This document shows, piece by piece, positions 55,608-64,000 of a stretch of DNA of 64,000 nt. Positions within the stretch are counted from its first letter, which is position 1. Every line of letters begins with the position of its first letter. Source of the stretch: Bdellovibrionales bacterium (GTDB lineage Bacteria > Bdellovibrionota > UBA1018). The position numbers and the translations under genes were made by a program. Location: positions 40,217 to 104,216 of the forward strand of contig JAEUWC010000020.1 in assembly GCA_016786465.1 (NCBI GenBank), given 5' to 3'. Under the pieces are notes generated by a model. It was not told the DNA's origin and ran no database searches. It saw only the letters and a list, made by a program, of their open reading frames with translations.

Positions 55608-58300
55608 GCTCGATCTTCAACCCGCAGATTCTAAATCCGCAGCCCGCCCCGGAACCCAAGACATCGGGCTGGTACTTTCGAAAACTTTTCATTCTAGCCA
55701 TCATCGGGACCCTGATCGCGACGGTCTTGGGCGGCTCGGTGTTGTGGTACTTTTCGCGCGGTTTGCCCGCCATTATCACAGCGGCAGACTATCGCCCGCT
55801 CGGAGTGACCCGTGTTCTTGGCGGCGGGGGTCGGGAAGACCAACTTTTGGCCGAATTCTACAAAGAACGTCGGTATGTGGTTCCTTACGAAAAAATTCCA
55901 GAAACTGTCGTTCATGCGTTCATTTCGGCCGAAGATGACAGCTTCTTTGAACACCAAGGGATCAACTTGGTCGCAATCATTCGCGCAAGCATCGCGAACT
56001 TCCGCGCAGGGCATGTGGTTCAGGGCGGCAGTACGATCACTCAGCAAGTTGCTAAATCACTTTTGCTGACCAGCGAGGCCACTCAGCGAACTTTTTCACG
56101 AAAAATTAAGGAAGTGATCCTTTCAAATCGGATTGAAAGGAACCTTTCGAAACAGCAGATTCTTTATCTTTACCTAAACCAGATTTACTTGGGCCACGGT
56201 GCGTACGGTGTCCAAGCTGCGACAAAAGCCTATTTTCGAAAAGACGTATCCGAAATCACATTGGCTGAAGCAGCCATGCTTGCGGGGATGCCCCAAGCCC
56301 CGGGCAAGTACAGTCCCCACTTGAATCCAAAGAAAGCGAAAGAAAGACAGTTGTACGTCCTTCGTCGCATGTACGAAAACAAGTTCATCACCAAAGAACA
56401 GATGATTCAGGCCGAATCCATGGCGTTGAAAGTCTATAAGGACGAAGACCTGAACCAGCGATTTGCACCCTACCTAGTCGAGCATATTCGACGGTACTTG
56501 GCCGATAAGTACGGCGAAGAAATGCTTTATGAACAAGCGATGACGGTGACGGTCCCAGCGACCCGCGCGCTTTCAAAGGCGGCGCGAACCAGCCTTCAAG
56601 ATGGTCTGCGTGCTGTCGACAAGCGAATCGGATATCGGGGCGCTCAGAAGCATTTGAAGACCACCGCAGAAATGGAAGATTTTCTGCGTGAACAGCGCCT
56701 GGCGCTGATTCAAAAGAAGTTCGGCTACACCCTGTTCCTTCCAGACGGACGAACGGACCCCATTGAAGTGATTCGGGAAGCCGGGCTTCGTGACGAAAGT
56801 CAAGTCCTTGATGTGGGCGCAGTCTATCCGGCTTTGGTGATGAAACCCGACGACAAGGCGAAATCAACGACGGTTTACCTTGGAGTGATTAAGGCTGAAC
56901 TTCCTTTGGATAAGATGTCTTGGGCTAAGCCTGTCCGGGAAGAAGGATCAACATACCCGGTTTGGAGTGCGATCCAACCGTCGAAAGTTTTCCAAAAAGG
57001 GGATGTGATTCAGGTCAAAATTCTTGAAGCCAATGACAAGCGGGTTTTGGTCGCTTTGGAGCAAGAGCCGATCGTTCAAGGCGCGGTTTTTTCGCTGGAA
57101 AGCCAAACGGGCTACGTCCTTGCGATGGAAGGCGGATATGACTTTGAAAAATCAGAATTCAATCGGGCCTTCCAAGCACTTCGACAGCCTGGATCTTCAT
57201 TCAAACCATTCATTTACGGAGCCGGCCTTGAAAAAGGCTACACCCCGGCAACGGTCATTGTGGATTCGCCCATTGTTTTGGATGACGGCGATAACGGAAC
57301 CTGGAAGCCCAAGAACTTTGAAACCAAATTCTATGGCGATACGACTTACCGCCAGGCACTGATCAAATCCCGAAATATTCCCACGATCAAAATCGTACAA
57401 GATATTCGGGTTTCGTTTCTTCACGAATACTCGAAACGAATTGGGCTAAACGGTCAGTTTCCTCAGGATTTGTCGATTTCTTTGGGAAGCGGAAGCGTTT
57501 CACTGGTCGAATTGACCAAGTCTTACGCACTTTTTCCACGACTAGGTCGAAAAGTGGATCCGGTCTTTTTCATGGAAATTCGTGATCGGGACGGGAAACT
57601 ACTAGAAAAGAAGGACCCCCACTGGGGCTGGATTGGCGATCAACGCCAATCGGGAATTCTGGCATCGGTGGCGACAGCGTCGCCTTCTCCCAAACCTTCC
57701 ACGGGCGCTAGCCCCGCAGTTAGCGGATTGCCCTTGGCGGAAGCTTCACCCATGGCATCGACTGCGCCAGCCGCCAGAATCAATCTTCCCAGTTTTCCAA
57801 CCGCCGAAGACCCAGATCAGGTGATTGATCCAAGGGTCGCGTATGTGATGACGCATTTGATGAAGGAAGTCGTCAACTACGGAACCGGTCAGGAAGCCAA
57901 ACAGCTTCAGCGTCCCGCGGCCGGAAAGACAGGAACGACCAACGACTATATCGACGCCTGGTTCATGGGATTTACGCCTCACGTCGTCACGGGAACCTGG
58001 GTCGGCTACGACAGTCAAAAAACAATCGGACCATCCGAAACCGGAGCACGCGCAGCGCTACCGATTTGGCTGGGATTTATGAAGGAAGCGATTAAACCTT
58101 ACCCAGATACGGATTTCGCGATTCCTAACGGGGTGGTCTACGCCACGATCGATCCCACTAACGGAAAATTGGCGTCCTCTGCGTCGTCGTCCGCAATTAA
58201 GGAAGCTTTTATCGAGGGCACCGAGCCTACGGAAGTCTCGACAGGGGCGGCAACGCGAGGAGAATCTCACTCAGACTTCCTTAAAGAAGATAGCGAATAG
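55604..58300 (+). CDS. mrcA: Penicillin-binding protein 1A (class A PBP)
   Basis: AEDDSF, GGSTITQQ, RKIKE, SSFK, SRN, KTG. Confidence 0.93.
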   Translation: MSSIFNPQILNPQPAPEPKTSGWYFRKLFILAIIGTLIATVLGGSVLWYFSRGLPAIITAADYRPLGVTRVLGGGGREDQLLAEFYKERRYVVPYEKIPETVVHAFISAEDDSFFEHQGINLVAIIRASIANFRAGHVVQGGSTITQQVAKSLLLTSEATQRTFSRKIKEVILSNRIERNLSKQQILYLYLNQIYLGHGAYGVQAATKAYFRKDVSEITLAEAAMLAGMPQAPGKYSPHLNPKKAKERQLYVLRRMYENKFITKEQMIQAESMALKVYKDEDLNQRFAPYLVEHIRRYLADKYGEEMLYEQAMTVTVPATRALSKAARTSLQDGLRAVDKRIGYRGAQKHLKTTAEMEDFLREQRLALIQKKFGYTLFLPDGRTDPIEVIREAGLRDESQVLDVGAVYPALVMKPDDKAKSTTVYLGVIKAELPLDKMSWAKPVREEGSTYPVWSAIQPSKVFQKGDVIQVKILEANDKRVLVALEQEPIVQGAVFSLESQTGYVLAMEGGYDFEKSEFNRAFQALRQPGSSFKPFIYGAGLEKGYTPATVIVDSPIVLDDGDNGTWKPKNFETKFYGDTTYRQALIKSRNIPTIKIVQDIRVSFLHEYSKRIGLNGQFPQDLSISLGSGSVSLVELTKSYALFPRLGRKVDPVFFMEIRDRDGKLLEKKDPHWGWIGDQRQSGILASVATASPSPKPSTGASPAVSGLPLAEASPMASTAPAARINLPSFPTAEDPDQVIDPRVAYVMTHLMKEVVNYGTGQEAKQLQRPAAGKTGTTNDYIDAWFMGFTPHVVTGTWVGYDSQKTIGPSETGARAALPIWLGFMKEAIKPYPDTDFAIPNGVVYATIDPTNGKLASSASSSAIKEAFIEGTEPTEVSTGAATRGESHSDFLKEDSE

Positions 58301-58329
58301 TGCCGATCCTCTTTTAGGGGGTCCAAGGA

Positions 58330-59184
58330 TTGACCAGCGCTATTCGCCTTCGAAGTTCACTGACGATCTCGTTTGGCTTGCACGCGTTCTTTCTACTAGC
58401 GTGGGCTTACGTCGCAACGCAAGCACTGACACGCCCGACGCCGTCCGAAACGGTCTATGTTGAATTAGAAGATTCAAAGTCCAAGCGTAATCGCATTGTC
58501 CAATCACAGCTGGTGAAGCCGTCGGATGAAGCGAAGAAGGACGCCTTTCTAGGAAAGCAGAATCAGATCGTCGACCGTCAAACGGTTTCAAAGACTAAGC
58601 AGATTCAAGGCGAAGCCGCAGGTCGTGCCACGCAGAAAGCGCAAGCGAAGGCACCCGAAAAGGCGGAAAAGCGAAGCGAGAAATTCAGCGGAAAATTGAG
58701 CCAATTGGGTGTGCCAATGCTTCAGCCGAAGGTAGCCAATCGGGCTCCTGCTGATGTGGGTCGTTTTCAGAATCCGGAATTTGGCGGCGGACAAGCCCCG
58801 TCCGACTATGTGGACGGATTAAAAGAATCAGAATCGACGATGCTGAACACGCGAGAGTACGTCTTCTTTGGATACTTTCACAGAATCCGGGAACGCCTTG
58901 ATCTAGCCTGGACTGCGACACTTCGTGAAAAATTTGAAAAACTTTACCGCGCCGGTCGCAGCATTGCGTCTGAAAAAGAACACACGACACGATTAATGGT
59001 TTTTCTTAATGAACTGGGTGAAATCAAGAAAGTTCAGGTCGTCGAAGAATCCGGAACCAGGGACCTAGACGACGCGGCAGTTCGCGCCTTCAATCAGGCA
59101 GGACCATTTCCAAATCCGCCGAAGGGGCTGATCGAACCCGATGGGTTGGTTCGAATCAAGTGGGATTTTGTCTTAAGAACCTGA
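58330..59184 (+). CDS. TonB family protein (TonB C-terminal domain)
   Basis: TM anchor with SxxxH, charged linker, SGTRDLDDAAVRAF..AGPFPNPP. Confidence 0.85.
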   Translation: MTSAIRLRSSLTISFGLHAFFLLAWAYVATQALTRPTPSETVYVELEDSKSKRNRIVQSQLVKPSDEAKKDAFLGKQNQIVDRQTVSKTKQIQGEAAGRATQKAQAKAPEKAEKRSEKFSGKLSQLGVPMLQPKVANRAPADVGRFQNPEFGGGQAPSDYVDGLKESESTMLNTREYVFFGYFHRIRERLDLAWTATLREKFEKLYRAGRSIASEKEHTTRLMVFLNELGEIKKVQVVEESGTRDLDDAAVRAFNQAGPFPNPPKGLIEPDGLVRIKWDFVLRT

Positions 59185-59250
59185 AGGTCGGGACAGCTAA
59201 AAAGTTCGAACATGGCAAAGAACGACTACCCAAAGATGACTGAATTAATT

Positions 59251-60684
59251 CTACAGATCGGAACCCCTAACCACAGACAGGCGGATTCTTAGCTTTTCGT
59301 AGTCAATTCTGGCTTCAAGTGCTTTCAAAACACTGTCGTTCGCAGCCTGTTCGCGCAGGTTCACAATCAAAAGCGAACTCAGTCCATCTTGAAAACGCTT
59401 TCTTTCTGCGTTGGCCAAGCGTTCCGAAAGTTCCTGATCCTTAGCCATAGCCTTGGCCTTTTGATGTGCAGCCAAAAGTGCTGAAAAGGTGGTCTGAACT
59501 TCCTGAGCTACTTGGTCCTGAAGAAAGCGGCGATTCTGTTTCAATTGGTCCAGGCGAGCTTGTTGCGCTAGAAAATTACCGCGTGCTTCCCGGTTCTGGA
59601 TTGGAAAACTTAGTCCTACCGAACCGCGCACTTCAGTTTCTCCTGCTTTTGGAACTCCCCGATCCGCGGCGTACTCAAACTGGACATCCAGTCGTGGAAG
59701 CCGTTGAACACTGGCTAGCGAAGCTTCGCGTTCAAGGCCTTCTTGTTGTTCCGACAAGGATCGCAGATCGCCCCGTTGAGCCTGAGCGTCCTTGATCCAA
59801 ACATCCAGATCCTTGGGGGCCTGCGGAGGCGTGGAGATCGGTAAAACTTCTGAAAGGGGTCGTCCGGGAACCACCGAGTTTCCATTTTCGTCCCGTAAGT
59901 AAAGTGAAAGTTCCAAAGCCGCACGCTGATAGTTTCGTTCAGCTTCAATCAGCTGCGAAAGTCGTTGGGTGATCATCCTTTCGGCTTCTACTTCTTCGAT
60001 CTTTGCAGCACTTCCCGCATGGACCCGGCGCTCGACTTGTTTCATTCTTTCTTCCGCAAGGCGGTACAAGCGAATCACGGCGTTAAGCTGTAGCGACGAG
60101 CCAACCCAATCCCAATAGCGTTCAGACGCGATTCGCTTCAAATCCAAAGTCCTGAATCGAAAATCACCCTCGGCTGCGCGAGATCCGGCTTCTGCGACAT
60201 CCTTTCGGGTTCGTCCTGGATCGGTTAGAAAATCCCGCAGCAACGGTAATTTGAATCCCGTTCGGTATTCTCCCTCTGTGCCCGTTAATGATTTTCCTTC
60301 ATAGGGTCGGAATTCTCCCTGTCCTCGGCGCCAGCCTGCGTAAACTTCAAGCGGTGTACCCCAGAACTGCTGAGTCAACTGGGCGTCCCATGTGCGTTGG
60401 TTGTAGCTTTCGGAAAGGCCGCCGAACTGGGATTGAAGCCGCAGGTCAAAAACGCCGCGAGCGGAAACTTCACGCCCTTGCGCAGTTTCTAGTTGGGCCT
60501 TTGCCGCCAAAGTCAGTGGCATCCGCTTTTCAACGCTGGCTAGGACTTCAGAAAGTTGAAGCGCTTCCCCAGGCGTTGATTCCCAAGGCAATGGTGCAGG
60601 TCCCGATCGTTGAATCGGATTCGCAAATGCTACCGGGAGAATCAGGCTTCCCACAGTGATGAATGAAATCACCCGCAGAATCAT
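59251..60684 (-). CDS. TolC family outer membrane efflux protein
   Basis: Signal peptide from ATG 60684; ARGVFD, LPLLRD, RLPRLD, ERKRFQDGLSSLLIVNLRE. Confidence 0.88.
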   Translation of the reverse strand: MILRVISFITVGSLILPVAFANPIQRSGPAPLPWESTPGEALQLSEVLASVEKRMPLTLAAKAQLETAQGREVSARGVFDLRLQSQFGGLSESYNQRTWDAQLTQQFWGTPLEVYAGWRRGQGEFRPYEGKSLTGTEGEYRTGFKLPLLRDFLTDPGRTRKDVAEAGSRAAEGDFRFRTLDLKRIASERYWDWVGSSLQLNAVIRLYRLAEERMKQVERRVHAGSAAKIEEVEAERMITQRLSQLIEAERNYQRAALELSLYLRDENGNSVVPGRPLSEVLPISTPPQAPKDLDVWIKDAQAQRGDLRSLSEQQEGLEREASLASVQRLPRLDVQFEYAADRGVPKAGETEVRGSVGLSFPIQNREARGNFLAQQARLDQLKQNRRFLQDQVAQEVQTTFSALLAAHQKAKAMAKDQELSERLANAERKRFQDGLSSLLIVNLREQAANDSVLKALEARIDYEKLRIRLSVVRGSDL

Positions 60685-60685
60685 C

Positions 60686-61741
60686 TTACTTTCCGTTCTT
60701 TTTCGGTTCCTTGTCCGAAAGTTTCGGAGGATTCCCAACCGAAGGGGGAAATCCGTTCAACTGACGCCAGACTTCAAAGCCCAACGAGACGCGGCTCAGT
60801 TGAATCCAGCCAATGGTTCGAATTCCTTGGCGAAGGTGCCTTCCTTCCGGCCATGGGGAACCTTCTTTCGGTCCGACCACGACTCGGAACTTTCCGGTGC
60901 TGGCATCAGACGGGTCGATGAAACTGACGATTCCAGGAAAAGTCCCGACGGCAACCGAAGGCCAACCCGAAAACTGAATGGCAGGCCAGCCTTCGAACTG
61001 CAGTCGAACTTCGCTGCCTTCACGAACCAGTGCCACATCGTTTCCGTTGATCCAAAGTTCGACGGCGCGGGAAGCCGTTTCCGGAACCAGTAAAGCTAAC
61101 ATCTGCCCAGACTTGACGACGCGACCACCTTGGCCTGCGACAACACGAAGAATCGTGCCGTTGACGGGGGCGGTAATCTTCTGGGTCATCTGGCGCGAAA
61201 TTCGAACTTCTAAACGCGCCAATTCTGCACCAGCATTGGCAGCGTCGACGATGTAACGAGTGTATTCCACTTGCGCCTGTTCGAATTCCCGTTTGGAACT
61301 TAGCCCTTCTTGGAAAAGTTTTCGCTGACGGTCCAAATTCAGTTTGGTGGTTTCCGCTGCCGATTCTGAAGCCTTCAAACGCTGATAAAGCGCCTTTCTT
61401 TCGACTTCAAGGCGATCGATGATCGCAGGGTCGTTGTCCGAAAGTTCGACGATGGGGTCTCCGGCTTTGACAAAGCTGCCTTCACGAACGAACCACTGCT
61501 TGACGATACCGTCGACGGTGGCATTGATTTCCTGCTCGCGTTCGTTGGGGTCGTACGCAATGACTCGACCGACTCCGGGGGCGGTTTGTTGCCAAGGAAG
61601 AACCGCCAGGGCAAAGGCAAAAACGCCCCAACCGATCCAGATTCGGCGACCCAGGCGCTTTTCATAAGCTCGAGTTCGGTCAAATTCGATCGCCCGTGAA
61701 TGAACGGATTCAAGGTGCTGAAAAGTGTCATGGGGAATCAT
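60686..61741 (-). CDS. HlyD family membrane fusion protein
   Basis: LPWQQT, lipoyl-like VREGSFVKAGD, ITAPVNG, FEGWPAIQFSGWP; start ATG 61741. Confidence 0.9.
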   Translation of the reverse strand: MIPHDTFQHLESVHSRAIEFDRTRAYEKRLGRRIWIGWGVFAFALAVLPWQQTAPGVGRVIAYDPNEREQEINATVDGIVKQWFVREGSFVKAGDPIVELSDNDPAIIDRLEVERKALYQRLKASESAAETTKLNLDRQRKLFQEGLSSKREFEQAQVEYTRYIVDAANAGAELARLEVRISRQMTQKITAPVNGTILRVVAGQGGRVVKSGQMLALLVPETASRAVELWINGNDVALVREGSEVRLQFEGWPAIQFSGWPSVAVGTFPGIVSFIDPSDASTGKFRVVVGPKEGSPWPEGRHLRQGIRTIGWIQLSRVSLGFEVWRQLNGFPPSVGNPPKLSDKEPKKNGK

Positions 61742-62688
61742 GATGAAACTTCCTTTGGGACTACGATCTTTGAAACTTTGATCAACGCGGCGACCAGATC
61801 GTAGAAAGACTCGATGTGTTTGTTGAGCTTCTCGATCGAAGCAAAAGCGGCTGAAAAGACTAGTTCGGCGGCGACCAGCTGACCCAGGCTCATTTGCTCG
61901 TTGATTACGAAATAGGAACCCAATCCCAGCAAAACGCACATGGAAACAATATGAAGCCCAGAAAGACCGATCATCTGCGCGACAATTAATCGAAAGTGAC
62001 GAAGACGAATTTCGACATAGTTCAAAGCGCGCTGATCCGCCGACTTTGTGATTTCTGGATCACTCGGCTTCACAGTACGAATGAAGTCCGCGATTCCATG
62101 TTTGACCGACGATTCATTGATCGCAGTGGACATCAGTGGCTCTGAAGGCAAGCGAAGAATGGCCAAAAGGGAAAGGACAATGACCAAATCAAACGCCAAG
62201 AAAAACGGGTGGTAAAAGGCCAAAAGCAATAGAGCAAAGAAAAGCTGTACGATGACTCCGAAACCCTCCATCAAAAGTGTCGAGATCGCTTTTTGGATTA
62301 CAAAGGTGTCGTAATAAATGTGGCTAGCTTGAGGGCTTGAAAGCCTTGCCTGGACTTGAGACGCAGCAAGGACAACGCGACTGTGAAAGCGACGCTGCAT
62401 CTTTTCGACCAGAATTCTTTGCAAGATTCGAAGAAAGGCGGCGGCAGTCAGGCCCAATCCAATGAAAAGAACGATCGTCAAGATTTGCGTGGTCAGTGCC
62501 GTTTCCAAAATTCTGTTCAAAAGGACCTGAACACCCAAGGGAACTACAAGGTTCGCAAGGCCGTAGGACAAGGAAATGGGAAGCAGAATTTTAAAATGAG
62601 TCAGCTCGCCCCGAAAAAAGGACCAAATCCAGGTCAAGGCATCTGCAATTCGATATGAATTTGAATTCTCATGAGCCAAGGGACTCAC
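61738..62688 (-). CDS. ABC exporter transmembrane domain protein with no nucleotide-binding domain
   Basis: LVVPLGVQ, LLAFYHPFFLAFD, MSLGQLVAAELV, ESFYDL; stop follows the TMD, no Walker motifs. Confidence 0.8.
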   Translation of the reverse strand: MSPLAHENSNSYRIADALTWIWSFFRGELTHFKILLPISLSYGLANLVVPLGVQVLLNRILETALTTQILTIVLFIGLGLTAAAFLRILQRILVEKMQRRFHSRVVLAASQVQARLSSPQASHIYYDTFVIQKAISTLLMEGFGVIVQLFFALLLLAFYHPFFLAFDLVIVLSLLAILRLPSEPLMSTAINESSVKHGIADFIRTVKPSDPEITKSADQRALNYVEIRLRHFRLIVAQMIGLSGLHIVSMCVLLGLGSYFVINEQMSLGQLVAAELVFSAAFASIEKLNKHIESFYDLVAALIKVSKIVVPKEVSS

Positions 62689-63037
62689 TTCCTTTCCAGG
62701 CCTTTCTGGCGTAAGCCAGCGCGACTTTTAAACTCTTTGCGTCGCGATCATCTTCGTCAAAGAATCGAAGTGTTTCCAAAAGCCACCGTGCAACCCAAAC
62801 CTTGGTCAAGGAATAGACCACATGCTTTCCTTCGCGCGAACCTTCGACCAATCCCAATTGCTTCAGGTGTCCCAAGTGTTGAGAAATGGTCGACTGAGGA
62901 AGCGAAAGGAGGTCGGACAGTCCGCGTACGTCCCGCTTTTCGATCGCAAGTTCTTCGATCATCCGAATTCTATGAGGGTGAGCGAGCACCCCGAGGAAGT
63001 GGGCAATCTTTTTGGCAACGATCAGACGGCCGGGCAT
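62669..63037 (-). CDS. ArsR/SmtB family transcriptional regulator (no cysteines)
   Basis: LAHPHRIRMI, QSTISQHL, REGKHVVYSL. Confidence 0.9.
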   Translation of the reverse strand: MPGRLIVAKKIAHFLGVLAHPHRIRMIEELAIEKRDVRGLSDLLSLPQSTISQHLGHLKQLGLVEGSREGKHVVYSLTKVWVARWLLETLRFFDEDDRDAKSLKVALAYARKAWKGSESLGS

Positions 63038-63053
63038 TTTTTGGTCTCCAAAA

Positions 63054-63093
63054 ATTCAAATATTTAAAATATATCATATTCAAATATTTGAAT
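63054..63093. promoter_or_regulatory. Tandem putative ArsR operators
   Basis: Perfect palindrome ATTCAAATATTTGAAT 63078-63093 and imperfect copy ATTCAAATATTTAAAA 63054-63069. Confidence 0.7.
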
Positions 63094-63152
63094 GTGTAAA
63101 GAGAGAAAAAAGCCTAATGAATGTGGACGTATACGAATTGGAATCCAGGGAT

Positions 63153-63473
63153 TTAGGCTTTTGGTTTGATTCGATCTAGGCCTTCTTGAAGAAGGTAGGA
63201 CTTCCAAAGGTGGTCCAGGCGGCGAAATGTGGTGATCACTTGGTCTGCTGCAACCCGGGACGAAATGTCCGACTGCTTTGAAAGCGTCGCAACCGCACCC
63301 AGGATCGCCGCAAATGCTGGGCTGGACATGATCTCGGCCATTTCTTTCGAAAAATCATGATCATGACTTTGATGCGACGAGACCAAGGCCGTGTTGAAGA
63401 TTCGAGTCAGCTCTTCCGTGGTGGGTTGAGAGGACTGCGTCGTGGATGAGGTGGTTGTTGGGCTTTGGGTCAT
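63153..63473 (-). CDS. Hypothetical protein
   Basis: About 106-aa ORF filling the gap before gcvP; Thr/Ser-rich N-terminus, helical C-terminus; start uncertain. Confidence 0.6.
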   Translation of the reverse strand: MTQSPTTTSSTTQSSQPTTEELTRIFNTALVSSHQSHDHDFSKEMAEIMSSPAFAAILGAVATLSKQSDISSRVAADQVITTFRRLDHLWKSYLLQEGLDRIKPKA

Positions 63474-63598
63474 GTCAATGCGTTGAGGTCGGACTATTAA
63501 ACCCAAAGATTCCATTCAGACAAGGGGCGTTCTGAGAATTTCCGGTCAAGCTAAAAACGGAGCTGAAAAAAAAACTTCTCTCGATCTATAGTGTTTCC

Positions 63599-64000
63599 AT
63601 GCCGAGTTCTTCTAATGGGTTGGATCTACTGAAAAATCATCCGGATGTGTTCGTGAATCGCCACATTGGCGTTGGACCCGACGAAGAAGCGAAAATGCTG
63701 AAGGCCATCGGCTGCTCGTCGGTGGATCAGCTGATCGAGCAAACGGTTCCATCGTCCATTCGGTTGAAAAAAAATCTAGAATTTTCAAAATCGGCCTTGA
63801 CCGAGATGCAAGTCCTGGAGCATCTGCGCGGACTTTCAAAAAAGAATCAAGTATTTCGATCCTTCATTGGGATGGGATACGCCGACTGCATCACGCCTCC
63901 AGTCATCTTGCGAAATATTTTGGAGAATCCAGGCTGGTACACGCAGTACACCCCCTACCAAGCTGAAATTTCGCAAGGGCGCCTAGAAGCACTTCTGAAT
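63599..64000 (+). CDS. gcvP: Glycine dehydrogenase (P protein), 5' part
   Basis: Manual translation FVNRHIG...[13 protein letters not shown]...[32 protein letters not shown]. Confidence 0.95.
   Translation, partial: MPSSSNGLDLLKNHPDVFVNRHIGVGPDEEAKMLKAIGCSSVDQLIEQTVPSSIRLKKNLEFSKSALTEMQVLEHLRGLSKKNQVFRSFIGMGYADCITPPVILRNILENPGWYTQYTPYQAEISQGRLEALLN

Noticed and set aside
63516-63598. Glycine riboswitch upstream of gcvP
   Set aside because: Region is short and lacks the aptamer core motifs
63765-63790. Possible frameshift at the A8 tract in gcvP
   Set aside because: Re-translation shows the frame stays intact ([10 protein letters not shown])

Overview
Chromosomal origin region of a bacterium whose gene order resembles Bdellovibrionota/deltaproteobacteria (inferred from synteny and protein style, not from a search). 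oriC lies between dnaA and dnaN (about 23848-24277) and carries DnaA boxes, an AT-rich tract and five DnaA-trios. Left arm: dnaN-recF-gyrB-fabH-gyrA-TPR lipoprotein-atpZ/atpI-atpB-atpE, a convergent mfd-ppiC-surA-pdxA-pmm-uvrA cluster, and a strongly divergent nuoA-nuoB-nuoC whose nuoC has an in-frame TAA. Right arm: rpmH-rnpA-yidD-yidC-mnmE, an inserted metabolic block (hbd, acyl-CoA dehydrogenase, two-subunit B12 mutase with isobutyryl-CoA mutase signatures, GyrI-like protein, ALDH, short class II RNR), mnmG-rsmG (two parS sites inside rsmG)-parA-parB-bactofilin-atpF'FHAGDC, then cell-envelope genes (lytic transglycosylase, xseB, tlyA, a catalytically dead patatin lipoprotein coupled to PBP1A, TonB) and an ArsR-led operon of an ABC membrane domain with no ATPase domain, HlyD and TolC. 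The window ends in gcvP. No rRNA, tRNA, CRISPR array or mobile element was seen. The best novelty candidates are the NBD-less tripartite exporter, the pseudo-patatin/PBP1A pair and the degenerate complex I module. All calls come from motif recognition only.
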